Positions 9,695 through 18,923 of a stretch of DNA of 64,000 bases are shown in pieces. The stretch is from NCBI GenBank assembly GCA_964291625.2, contig OZ220090.1, forward strand, positions 192,001-256,000, read 5' to 3'. The stretch comes from Candidatus Latescibacterota bacterium (GTDB lineage Bacteria > Latescibacterota > UBA2968 > UBA8231). The notes below the pieces were generated by a model. It was given only the letters and a program-made list of their open reading frames with translations, made no database searches and had not been told where the DNA came from. The position numbers were made by a program, and so were the translations under genes. How positions within the stretch are numbered: position 1 is the first letter of the stretch; every line of letters begins with the position of its first letter.

Positions 9695-10738
9695 ATGCCG
9701 TACTACGTATACGTATCGCTCAGCACCGAGGACCGCATCAACGTCTACGCCATGGACCCCGAGACCGGGGCCCTCGACTCGTACGCCATCGTCGCCGCCG
9801 GCGCCGGTCCCGGCCCCCTGTGCGTCGACCCGCAGCAGCGGTTCCTGTACGCCGGCCTGCGCGGCGGCCGCCAGGCGGCGGCCTTTCGCCTGGACAAGGG
9901 CAGCGGACGGCTCGCGCCCCTCGGCACGGCGCCGCTGGAGTCGGACCCGTGCTACCTCTCCACCGACGCCAGCGGCCGCTTCCTGTTCACCTCCTACTAC
10001 CGCGCCGGCATGGCCGCGGTGCATCCGATCCGCCGCGACGGCTCCGTCGGCACGCCGGCGGTGATGAACATCAAGACCGCCGAGCGCGCCCACTCGATCC
10101 AGATCGACGCCGGCAACCGCTTCGCCTTCGTGCCCCACACGGCCGGGCCGAACCTGATCTACCAGTTGCGCTTCGACGACAAGACCGGCCGCCTCTCCTC
10201 GAACCCGGCGGGCCAGCGGCTCGAGCCGCCCCCGGGAGAGGGGCCGCGTCACTTCTGCTTCCACCCGGCCATGGACGTGGTCTACTTCGTCAACGAGCAG
10301 AGCTCCTCGGTCTCGGCGTATGAGCTCGATACCCGCGAGGGGACGCTGACGCGGTTCCAGAACGTGCCGACCCTGCCCACGGGCTTCGAGGGCGAGAACA
10401 CCGGTGCGGAGATCCGCATCACTCCCACGGGGGAGTACCTCTACGCCTCCAACCGCGGGCACGATTCGATCGCCGCCTTCTCCGTCGACGGGTCGACGGG
10501 GGCGCTGGAGCCGATCAGCCACACGCCCACCGAGCCGACGCCGCGCTCCTTCACCCTCGATCCCGACGGCGCCTACCTGCTGGCTCTCGGCGAGGGCTCC
10601 GGCAAGCTGGCCACCTACCGCATCGACGACGAGACCGGACATCTCTCTCCGCTCGAGGTCCTCCAGGTGGGCAACAGTCCCATCGGGATCCTGGCCCTCG
10701 ACCTCGGGACAGCCGAGCCTGCCTCGCGGCTGAGCTAG
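9695..10738 (+). CDS. pgl: Lactonase family protein (6-phosphogluconolactonase-like, 7-bladed propeller)
   Basis: GPRHFCFHP, LYASNRGHDSI and PRSFTLDP motifs. Confidence 0.8.
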   Translation: MPYYVYVSLSTEDRINVYAMDPETGALDSYAIVAAGAGPGPLCVDPQQRFLYAGLRGGRQAAAFRLDKGSGRLAPLGTAPLESDPCYLSTDASGRFLFTSYYRAGMAAVHPIRRDGSVGTPAVMNIKTAERAHSIQIDAGNRFAFVPHTAGPNLIYQLRFDDKTGRLSSNPAGQRLEPPPGEGPRHFCFHPAMDVVYFVNEQSSSVSAYELDTREGTLTRFQNVPTLPTGFEGENTGAEIRITPTGEYLYASNRGHDSIAAFSVDGSTGALEPISHTPTEPTPRSFTLDPDGAYLLALGEGSGKLATYRIDDETGHLSPLEVLQVGNSPIGILALDLGTAEPASRLS

Positions 10739-10823
10739 CGGCCCGGCCCCGCCGGGCATCTCCGTTTCACCCTGCAGGATCTTTCTCCGCGGGCCGGTCC
10801 CCTCGAGGACCGCCGTTTTGCCC

Positions 10824-10860
10824 TTGACCCGGTTCCGCACGGCCGGTATACGTATGTGCA
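10824..10860 (+). promoter_or_regulatory. Sigma70-type promoter of dnaE2 with an overlapping candidate operator
   Basis: TTGACC (10824-29), 17 bp, TATACG (10847-52). TATACGTATGTGCA overlaps the -10. Confidence 0.55.
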
Positions 10861-10872
10861 GCTATCCGGGAG

Positions 10873-13800
10873 ATGGGGTTGAGCTTCGTCCACCTGCACT
10901 GCCACTCGTCGTTTTCGTTCCACGCCGGCGTCCCCGGTATTCCCGAAATCGTGGGGAGAGCGAGGGAGCTGGGGATGCCGGCCGTGGGACTCACCGACAC
11001 CGACCGCATGTCGGGGCTCGTCCTCCACTACGAGGAGTGCCGCCGTCAGGGCCTGCGGCCCGTCCTCGGGGTCGAGCTGACCGAGCCGCGGCGCGGAGAG
11101 GTCCTGGCCGCCCGCGCCCGGCGGGGCCTCCCGGCGGACGGGGACCTCCGCTCCGGTTCCGCCGCCGAGGGGATGTCGCCGCGGGCCGACGGCGCCGGCT
11201 CCCACGGGCGCGAGCGCCTCGTCGTGCTGGCCCGCAACGCCCGTGGCTACGCCGACCTGTGCGAGGTGGTCACCCGCCGCCACCTCGAGGCCGACCGCTT
11301 CCGCTTCGACGAGGTCTTCGCCCGCGAGTGGCCCGACTTCGTGCTCCTCACCCCCTCGCCCGGGCTCCTCGGCGCCCTGGCCGCCACCCCCAACCGGGAC
11401 CGCCTCTACGGCGAGCTGATCGCCAACTCGGCCGCCACCCGCCGCCGCAGCCGCGAGCTCGAGGCCGTCGCCGGGGCCCTGCGCCTGCCCCTGGTCGCCC
11501 AGAACGACTGCTACTTCCTCGACCCGGGGCAGTGGCCCACGCACCAGCTGCTCACGGCGATCGGCCTCAACTCCACCCTGTCGCGCCTGCGGCCCGGGGA
11601 GTGCGCCTCGCCCCAGGCCTGCCTGCACAACGCCAGGTGGATGGCGTCGGCCTTTCCGTCGCACCCCCGGGCCCTGGACAACGCCGGGCGCCTCGCCGAG
11701 GAGTGCGGCTCCATCGAGCTGCCCCTGGGCGAGTGGATCCTGCCGCGCGTCGACGTGCCCCGGGGTGAGACGCCGGCCAGCCACCTGGCGCGGCTGGCCT
11801 GGGCGGGGCTCGAGCGCAACTACGGCGGCCTCCGCACCTGCGACCGGGCCCGCCGCATCCAGCGCATGGAGCTGGAGACGATCGAGAAGCTCGGCTACCC
11901 GTCGTACTTCCTGATCGTCAAGGAGATCCGCGACTGGGCCAACAAGCGCTTCGCCTCCGGCTACCGGCGGCCGGCGGACTGCACGATCCTGCGCGGCAGC
12001 GCCGCCAACAGCATCACGTTCTACAACATCGGCGTCTCCGACCTCGATCCGATCCGCCACGACCTCTACTTCCAGCGCTTCCTCAACGAGGACCGCGCCT
12101 CGCCGCCCGACGCCGATCTCGACTTCGGCTGGGACGAGCGCGACGAGGTGCAGAAGTTCATCAGCCGGCGCTGGGGCGAGGAGCACGTGGCGGTCACCTG
12201 CACCACCCTCCACTTCCGCGAGCGCGCCGCCTTCCGCGAGACGGCCAAGGTCCACGGCTACACCGACGACGAGGTCACCCGCATCATCCGCGGCCGCGGG
12301 TCCCGCTCGGCGCGCATCGACGACGCCGGGATCCGCCGCCTGTGGCGGCTCGCCGCCACCATCCGGGGCAAGCCGCGGTTCCTGGGCCAGCACCCGGGGG
12401 GCGTGCTGATCACCGACCAGCCCATGCGCCGCCACGTCGCCTGCGAGCGCTCCGGCGGCGACAAGGACCGCGTCATCACCCAGATCGACATGCACAACGG
12501 CATCGACGAGCTCGGGCTGATCAAGTTCGACATCCTCGGCAACGGCTCGCTCTCGGTCCTGCGCGACGCCCTGGGGCAGCTGGCCGAGCAGGGCGAGGAG
12601 GACCCGGGGGTCTTCGACGTGGACAAGTGCTGCGACGACCCCGCCGTGCGGGACGTCATCCGCAAGGGCCGGACGAGGGGGATCTTCTACATCGAGAGTC
12701 CGGCCCAGACGCGGCTGAACAAGAAGGCCCGGGCCGGGACCTTCGAGGAGATCGCCATCACCTCCAGCCTCGTGCGCCCCGCCGGCTCCCGGTACGCCGC
12801 CACCTACGTCGAGCGCGAGCGCAAGTCCAAGGCCGGCATCCGGGACTGGGAGTTCGTGCACCCCGCCCTCGAGCCGATCCTGGGCCGGACCCACGACGTC
12901 TGCGTCTTCCAGGAGGACGTGACCAAGATCTGCCACCAGGTGGCGGGCCTGAGCTTCGCCCAGGCCGACCGCATCCGCAAGATGATGAACTCCCTCCACG
13001 AGGGCGCCCCGGCCGAGGAGCAGTGGCGGCGCACGGAGCGCGACTTCCTCGCCGGCTGCATGGGCCACAGCGGGCTCGACGCCGACCAGGCGCGGGAGCT
13101 CTGGGAGCGCGTCAGCTCCTTCACCGGCTTCAGCTTCTGCAAGAGCCACTCGGCCACCTATGCCCAGCTCTCCTTCCAGTGCACCTGGCTCAAGGCCCAC
13201 TACCCGGCCCAGTTCCTCGCCGCCGTGATCAGCAACGGCCACGGGTTCTACCGCCGCGACGTCTACCTCGACGAGGCCCGGCGCTGGGGCTGCCGCATCC
13301 TGCCCATGGACATCGGCGACTCGCGCCTGAAATACGTCGGCCGCGACGGCCGCATCCGCCCCGGGCTGATGCACGTGCGCGGCGTCCGCCGCGCCGCCCT
13401 CGAGGCGGTCGAGGCCGAGCGCCGCGATCACGGCGTCTTCCGCGACCTGGTCGACTTCGTCGAGCGCATGGCCGGCACCGGCGCGCCCGTCCGCCTCCAC
13501 AAGGGCGAGATCGAGCGGCTGATCCTCGTGGGCGCCTTCGACCGTTTCGGGCTCACCCAGCCCGAGAGCCTGTGGCTCCTCGACGACGCCTTCCACGCCG
13601 TCCGGGGGGCGCGGGAGGAGAGCGGCGGCCTGTTCGCGGCCACGGGTGCCGTGGAGCCCCTGGCGCGGCGGGTCCCGGCGGGCGTCCTCGGCGACTACAA
13701 CCTGGCCCAGCGGTGCCTGAACGAGCACGAGCTCCTCGGCTACATGCTCTCCGGCGACCTGCTCGAGATCCTCGACCTGCACCCGGCCTCGCGGGGCACC

Positions 13801-14178
13801 GTGCCCATGGGGGACCTGGAGCGCTGCGCGGGGCGGCGCGTCAAGGTCTTCGGCCGCCAGGTCACCGAGCGCATCCACGGCGTCGAGGGCACGAGCGAGC
13901 CGATGATGTTCCTCACCCTCGAGGACAGGAGCGGGACGGCCGACGTGATCCTGTGGCCGGACGTGTTCCAGCGCTGCGCCGACGCCGTCCTCGGCGGCGG
14001 GCCCTTCGAAGTCCGCGGCCGGGTCGAGGAGGACTGGGGCGCGATCTCCCTGGTGGCCGAGCGGGTGCGGGCGGTGGAGTGGTCGCCGGGGCTGGTGGAT
14101 TTGGAGCTCGCTTCCCGGAAGCTGGCCGACAGCTTCGGCCAGGAGTACCGGTACGCCGACGTGGGCGTGGCGGCGTGA
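10873..14178 (+). CDS. dnaE2: Error-prone DNA polymerase III alpha (DnaE2)
   Basis: PHP domain (HLHCHS), RGSAANS (DnaE2-type), catalytic PDADLD and KFDILG, GQHPGG, FCKSH, OB fold. Confidence 0.9.
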   Translation: MGLSFVHLHCHSSFSFHAGVPGIPEIVGRARELGMPAVGLTDTDRMSGLVLHYEECRRQGLRPVLGVELTEPRRGEVLAARARRGLPADGDLRSGSAAEGMSPRADGAGSHGRERLVVLARNARGYADLCEVVTRRHLEADRFRFDEVFAREWPDFVLLTPSPGLLGALAATPNRDRLYGELIANSAATRRRSRELEAVAGALRLPLVAQNDCYFLDPGQWPTHQLLTAIGLNSTLSRLRPGECASPQACLHNARWMASAFPSHPRALDNAGRLAEECGSIELPLGEWILPRVDVPRGETPASHLARLAWAGLERNYGGLRTCDRARRIQRMELETIEKLGYPSYFLIVKEIRDWANKRFASGYRRPADCTILRGSAANSITFYNIGVSDLDPIRHDLYFQRFLNEDRASPPDADLDFGWDERDEVQKFISRRWGEEHVAVTCTTLHFRERAAFRETAKVHGYTDDEVTRIIRGRGSRSARIDDAGIRRLWRLAATIRGKPRFLGQHPGGVLITDQPMRRHVACERSGGDKDRVITQIDMHNGIDELGLIKFDILGNGSLSVLRDALGQLAEQGEEDPGVFDVDKCCDDPAVRDVIRKGRTRGIFYIESPAQTRLNKKARAGTFEEIAITSSLVRPAGSRYAATYVERERKSKAGIRDWEFVHPALEPILGRTHDVCVFQEDVTKICHQVAGLSFAQADRIRKMMNSLHEGAPAEEQWRRTERDFLAGCMGHSGLDADQARELWERVSSFTGFSFCKSHSATYAQLSFQCTWLKAHYPAQFLAAVISNGHGFYRRDVYLDEARRWGCRILPMDIGDSRLKYVGRDGRIRPGLMHVRGVRRAALEAVEAERRDHGVFRDLVDFVERMAGTGAPVRLHKGEIERLILVGAFDRFGLTQPESLWLLDDAFHAVRGAREESGGLFAATGAVEPLARRVPAGVLGDYNLAQRCLNEHELLGYMLSGDLLEILDLHPASRGTVPMGDLERCAGRRVKVFGRQVTERIHGVEGTSEPMMFLTLEDRSGTADVILWPDVFQRCADAVLGGGPFEVRGRVEEDWGAISLVAERVRAVEWSPGLVDLELASRKLADSFGQEYRYADVGVAA

Positions 14179-15419
14179 GCGCCCGCCGGGGGGGGCGCAG
14201 GCCGCGGCCGCGGCCGCAACCGCTGTGGCTGTCCGTCGAGGTGGGGCAGTTCGCCGCCCAGGCCCTCGAGCGCGCCCGCCCCGGCCTGCGGGGCCGGGCC
14301 TTCGTCGTTCTCCGGCAGAGCCGGGACAGCCACCGGGCGGCGGTGCAGGCGGTCTCCGCGCGGGCCCGTGATCTCGGAGTCGAGCCGGGTACGCTCCTCT
14401 TCGCCATGCGCCGCGCCCACCGGGGCCGGGTCGCCGTCATCGACCGGGACGAGTCCGCCGAGGTCACCGCCGCGGAGTCCGTGACGGCCGTTCTCGAACG
14501 GTGGACCCCGTCGTTCCGGGTGCGCCGCGGGTGGGCCCGGCTGTCGGCGATCCTCGACCTCGGCGGCACGCCCGCGGCCCGGGCCGGCGGCTGGCGCGCG
14601 GCGGGGGCCGAGCTCCAGAGTCAGCTCGCCGGCGCCAGCGGCCTGGGCGAGATCGCCGTCGGCGTCTCCACGGCCCGCCTGGTGGCGCGCGTCCTGGGGC
14701 GCGAGGCCCTGCCCGGCGGCGTCGTCCTGTGCGCACCGGGCGACGAGGACCGCGTCCTGGCGCGCACCGAGCTGGCCGCTCTGCCCGGCCTCGGCCCGGT
14801 CTGCCGCGAGCGGGCCGCCCGTTACGGCATCCACACGGTGGGCCAGGTGCTGCCCCTCGACCGGCGGGCCCTGCGGCGGCGCTTCGGCCGCCGGACGGGG
14901 GAGCGGCTCTACGGGGTGGTCCGCGGCCTGGAGGTCGAGGCGCGTCCGGGCGCGCCCGGGGCGGTCGAGGCCGAGACCGTGCTCCGCGAGGACGCCAACG
15001 ACGACAGCCTGCTGCGCGCGGCCGTGGCCCTCACCGTCGACCGCGCCTGCCACGAGCTGCGGCTGCGCGGCCTGGCCGCAAAGGCCCTGACCCTGCGCAT
15101 CGCCTACACCGACGACCGCCGGGCTCAGAAAACGACGCGGCTTCCCGCCGCCACCGACGAATTTCCGGTCCTGGGCGCCGCTGCCGAAGAGCTGTTCCGG
15201 CAGATCCACGTGCGCCGCGCCGCGGTCCGGACGATCGCGGCCGTGCCGTCGCGCACCAGTCCGGCCAGCGGCCAGCAGGACCTGTTCGACGGCGAGGCCG
15301 GCCGCCGGCGCCGGTGTCTGGGAGCGGCGATCACCGACATCCGGTCGCGCATGGGGTTCGGCGCCGTCGTCGGCGCCGACGCGCTGGAGGTGGCGGCCTC
15401 GGGCCAAGACTTTCCTTGA
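14175..15419 (+). CDS. Y-family polymerase-like accessory protein (ImuB/DinB-like), catalytically degenerate
   Basis: GTG overlaps the dnaE2 TGA. DinB fold (SARARDLGVEPG, LPGLG, little-finger domain). The DMDAF and SIDE acidic motifs are absent. QQDLF clamp motif present. Confidence 0.8.
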   Translation: MSARRGGRRPRPRPQPLWLSVEVGQFAAQALERARPGLRGRAFVVLRQSRDSHRAAVQAVSARARDLGVEPGTLLFAMRRAHRGRVAVIDRDESAEVTAAESVTAVLERWTPSFRVRRGWARLSAILDLGGTPAARAGGWRAAGAELQSQLAGASGLGEIAVGVSTARLVARVLGREALPGGVVLCAPGDEDRVLARTELAALPGLGPVCRERAARYGIHTVGQVLPLDRRALRRRFGRRTGERLYGVVRGLEVEARPGAPGAVEAETVLREDANDDSLLRAAVALTVDRACHELRLRGLAAKALTLRIAYTDDRRAQKTTRLPAATDEFPVLGAAAEELFRQIHVRRAAVRTIAAVPSRTSPASGQQDLFDGEAGRRRRCLGAAITDIRSRMGFGAVVGADALEVAASGQDFP

Positions 15420-15445
15420 CGGAAGCTGATTCAACTTGGTAATTT
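15416..15445 (+). promoter_or_regulatory. Sigma70-type promoter
   Basis: TTGACG, 18 bp, TAATTT with a TGn extension, in an AT-rich gap. Confidence 0.45.
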
Positions 15446-15462
15446 GAAAGGCTTCGGCGCCT

Positions 15463-16749
15463 ATGGGCGTTGGCGCCCTGCGATCCGCCGCCGGGCGGTT
15501 TCCCCCCGCCTGCGGCCATCCCCTGGATATCGCGCCCCGGACCGACGTGGCACGACTCCCCCTCTCCAATTCCGGTACCCGCGTTCTTCGCTTCGCAGCG
15601 ATCGTCGCCATGCTGTGCCTCCCGGGCGCATACGGCGGCTCCACGGCTCCGGCCGACACCGAGACACTGGCACCCGGCGTCTGGCACCACTCCATCGACC
15701 TGGTCGACGGCCCGTGGGCCATCCACGTCGTCGAGATCGACCTGCTGGAGGCGCGCAAGGCCGGCATCCGGCTGCGCACCGTGGGATCGCCGGCCGAGGG
15801 CCTCGGGCTGGTGAAGACGAGCGATCTCGCCGCCGACGCCCTGGCCGCCATCAACGGCGACTTCTTCCAGGCCGGCACCCCCGGCCGCGCCCTCGGGGTG
15901 CAGATCTCCGAAGGCGAGCTGATCGGCGAGCCCCGCTCGCGCTCCGCCTTCGCCCTGGCCGCCGACGGCCGCCCGCAGACGGCGGTCTTCGAGCTCGACG
16001 CCGGCCTCATCACCCGGTCGGGCCAGGTGCTGCCCCTCTCCCGTCTCAACCGGGCGCCGCGCTCCGACGCCGAGCTCACCCTCTACAACCGCCACGCCGC
16101 GAGCCGCGAGGACTCGGTGCGGGCGCCGGTGGGATTCTTCCTGCAGAGCCTCGACGGCACGACCTCCCTGGTCAACGACACGGCCGCGGTGCGGGTCGTG
16201 CAGATGCGCCGCCAGGCGTGGCCCCTGCTCCTGCAGCGGGGCCAGTGGCTGGTGGCCGGCGGCGCCGATTTCGCCCGCCAGGCGGCGATCAGCCCCGGGG
16301 ATACGGTCCATCTCTACTGCGCCCTGCCCCCCTCCAAGGGGAGCCTCGACGTGGCCATCGGCGGTGGACCGCGCATCATCCGGGACGGCCGCGTCTCCAT
16401 CGAGCACGAGCGCGAGCATCTGGGCGAGTCCTTTGCCAACGACCGGCATCCGCGCTCGGCCATCGGACTGTCCCGGGGCGGGCGCCACGTGTTCCTGGTC
16501 ACCGTCGACGGCCGGCAGCCCGGCCACAGCGTCGGCATGACCTTGCCCGAACTGGCCGAGTTGATGTCCGCCGACCTGGCCGGCTTCACGAAGAGCCGCC
16601 GCAACGCCTGGCAGGCGATCAACCTCGACGGAGGCGGATCGACGACCATGGTGGTGCGCGAGCACGTCGTGAACCGGCCGTCCGATCAGACCGGCGAACG
16701 GCCGGTGGCCAACGCGCTGGTGGTCATGCCGCCGGCGGCCGCCGGCTGA
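15463..16749 (+). CDS. Phosphodiester glycosidase (NAGPA/DUF2233) family exported protein; start uncertain
   Basis: AAINGDFF, HPRSAIG, VTVDGRQ, AINLDGGGST, NRPSD..GERPVAN. Confidence 0.85.
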   Translation: MGVGALRSAAGRFPPACGHPLDIAPRTDVARLPLSNSGTRVLRFAAIVAMLCLPGAYGGSTAPADTETLAPGVWHHSIDLVDGPWAIHVVEIDLLEARKAGIRLRTVGSPAEGLGLVKTSDLAADALAAINGDFFQAGTPGRALGVQISEGELIGEPRSRSAFALAADGRPQTAVFELDAGLITRSGQVLPLSRLNRAPRSDAELTLYNRHAASREDSVRAPVGFFLQSLDGTTSLVNDTAAVRVVQMRRQAWPLLLQRGQWLVAGGADFARQAAISPGDTVHLYCALPPSKGSLDVAIGGGPRIIRDGRVSIEHEREHLGESFANDRHPRSAIGLSRGGRHVFLVTVDGRQPGHSVGMTLPELAELMSADLAGFTKSRRNAWQAINLDGGGSTTMVVREHVVNRPSDQTGERPVANALVVMPPAAAG

Positions 16750-16802
16750 CGGCTCTTCCCAACCGCCTTTCACAAAGGTTCCACCAGGAAACAGGAGGGA
16801 GT

Positions 16803-17873
16803 GTGCCCCGGTTCCGCGCCCAGGATCTCGAGCGACTCGGCCGCGACCTGTTCGCCACGGTCGGTGTGCCCCCTTCGGAGGCCGACCTGGTCTCCGGCCA
16901 CATGGTCGACTCCGGCCTGCTGGGCCACGACTCCCACTCGGTGCTGCGTTTCCCCCAGTACACGGAGATGGTCCGCAAGGGGCAGGTGAAGCCCGGGGCC
17001 GAGCTCGAGATCCTGCACGACCGGGGCGGCGTGGTGCAGGTCAGCGGCGGCTGGAACTTCGGCCCCGTCACCGCCACCCGCGCTGCCGAGCTGGCCATCG
17101 AGCGCGCCCGGTCCCACGCCATCGTGGCGGTGACCGTCAAGGACTGCAACCACGTGGCGCGGCTGGGGCGTTTCGTCGACCTCATCGCGCGCCAGGGGAA
17201 CCTGATCGGCGTGCTGTGCGCCAACGGCCACGGCTCCGACCTGGCCGTGGCCCCGTACGGGGGCCGCGAGCGGCGCCTGCCGACGAACCCCCTGGCCGTG
17301 GGCATCCCGACGCGCAGGAGCTGGCCCATCGTCCTCGACATGACGACGAGCATGACCTCCGGCGGCGCCCTGCGCGACTACCGCAACCGCGGCAGCGCCG
17401 TCCCCGAGGGCTGCATCATCGACGGGCACGGCCGGTTGACGACGGACGTGGAGGACTACTACGGAGAGCCGCCGGGGGCCATGCTTCCCCTGGGCTTTCC
17501 CACGGTGGGCCACAAGGGGTTCGGCCTCGCCCTGGTCGTCGACATCCTGGCGGGGGCCCTGTCGGGCGGCGGCTGCAGCCAGGCGGACCCGCCGCAGACG
17601 GGGAACGCCCTGTTCTTCACGGTCTACGACATCGCCGCCTTCCGCGGCCTGGACGGGTTCCTCGACGAGGTCGACGACTTCATCGACTGGCTCAAGTCCT
17701 GCCCGCCCATGGAGGGCTTCGCAGAGGTCATGCTCCCGGGCGAGAACTCGCACCGCATCCACGAGGCCAGACGGAGGGAGGGGATGGAGGTGGACGACAC
17801 CGCCTGGGGCCAGATCGCGGCCCTGGCCGGGGAGCTGGGGGTGAACCTCCCCGACCCCGTCGAGAGTTCCTGA
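16803..17873 (+). CDS. Ldh_2 family (malate/L-lactate/sulfolactate) dehydrogenase
   Basis: GTG after GGAGG. GHDSH, NHVARLG, TNPLAVGIP, LDMTTS, HKGFGL, LPGE. Confidence 0.85.
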   Translation: MPRFRAQDLERLGRDLFATVGVPPSEADLVSGHMVDSGLLGHDSHSVLRFPQYTEMVRKGQVKPGAELEILHDRGGVVQVSGGWNFGPVTATRAAELAIERARSHAIVAVTVKDCNHVARLGRFVDLIARQGNLIGVLCANGHGSDLAVAPYGGRERRLPTNPLAVGIPTRRSWPIVLDMTTSMTSGGALRDYRNRGSAVPEGCIIDGHGRLTTDVEDYYGEPPGAMLPLGFPTVGHKGFGLALVVDILAGALSGGGCSQADPPQTGNALFFTVYDIAAFRGLDGFLDEVDDFIDWLKSCPPMEGFAEVMLPGENSHRIHEARRREGMEVDDTAWGQIAALAGELGVNLPDPVESS

Positions 17874-17902
17874 CCCGCGGTCCCGGCAAGAGGAGGAAGA
17901 GG

Positions 17903-18907
17903 ATGGGCAAGCAGCTTCGGATCGCCGTCGTGGGGATGGGCGGCATCGGCAACAACCACGCCAGGTGCTACCAGGCCAGCCCCCACGCCGAGGTGGTGGC
18001 CGTGTGCGATGTCAGCCGGGAGCGGGCCGACGCTGCGGCCACGGCCCACGGGGCGCAGGCCTTCTACAGCGTCCGCCGAATGCTCAACAGCGGCGTCGCC
18101 ATCGACGCCGCCAGCGTCGCCACGGCGGGCGTGGAGAACGGCGGCGACCACTACACCCCGACGATGCAGCTGTTGAAGGCGGGGATCCCGGTGCTGGGGG
18201 AGAAGCCGATCTCCAACGAGATCCCCAAGGCCCGCCGCCTGGTGCGGCTGGCCCGCGAGATGGGCCTGCCCTACGGCATCAACCTCAACCACCGGTTCAC
18301 GCCGGCGGCGGTGAAGGCCCGGGACTGGCTCGAGCAGGGCCGGCTGGGGGAGCTGCACATGGTCAACATGACGATGTGGATCAACAACCCCAACGAGTCC
18401 TCGCCGTGGTTCCACATCCGCGCCCTGCACCCCCATTCCCTCGACGTGATGCGCTACTTCGCCGGCGACCTGGAGCGGGTGCAGGCGTTCTTCAAGAAAG
18501 GGAAAGGCCGCCGGATCTGGTCCAACGTGCAGGCCAACCTGCTCTTCGCCAACGGCGTCATCGGCCATCTCACGGGATCGTACGACGCCGGCGGCAGCTA
18601 CGGTCTGGAGACCCTCGAGCTGGTCGGCTCCGAGGGCCGCGTGGTCATAAACGAGGCCTGCGAGCGGCTGACCTTCTACCCCCGGTTCTCGAAGGAGGTG
18701 GAGAGCTACGACCACCCCGGCGGGATGATGGGCTTCGGCGATACCTTCCCGTCGCGCATCGGCGCCTGGATCGACGATCTGCGCAAGGGCACGCCTCCGG
18801 ACCAGGTCGACGCCAAGGCCGAGGACGCCCTCAAGGTGCAGCTCGCCATCGAGAGCATCATCCAGAGCTGGCAGAAGGGGCGCGTCGTCAAGGTGCCGCA
18901 GCGGTGA
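17903..18907 (+). CDS. Gfo/Idh/MocA oxidoreductase
   Basis: VVGMGGIG, EKP, NHRF. Strong RBS. Confidence 0.88.
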   Translation: MGKQLRIAVVGMGGIGNNHARCYQASPHAEVVAVCDVSRERADAAATAHGAQAFYSVRRMLNSGVAIDAASVATAGVENGGDHYTPTMQLLKAGIPVLGEKPISNEIPKARRLVRLAREMGLPYGINLNHRFTPAAVKARDWLEQGRLGELHMVNMTMWINNPNESSPWFHIRALHPHSLDVMRYFAGDLERVQAFFKKGKGRRIWSNVQANLLFANGVIGHLTGSYDAGGSYGLETLELVGSEGRVVINEACERLTFYPRFSKEVESYDHPGGMMGFGDTFPSRIGAWIDDLRKGTPPDQVDAKAEDALKVQLAIESIIQSWQKGRVVKVPQR

Positions 18908-18923
18908 GCGGAGCCCCGCCAGC

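Noticed and set aside
9701-9716. TACGTATACGTA palindrome resembling the dnaE2 operator
   Set aside because: It lies within the pgl coding sequence (YYVYV) and is explained by the codons.
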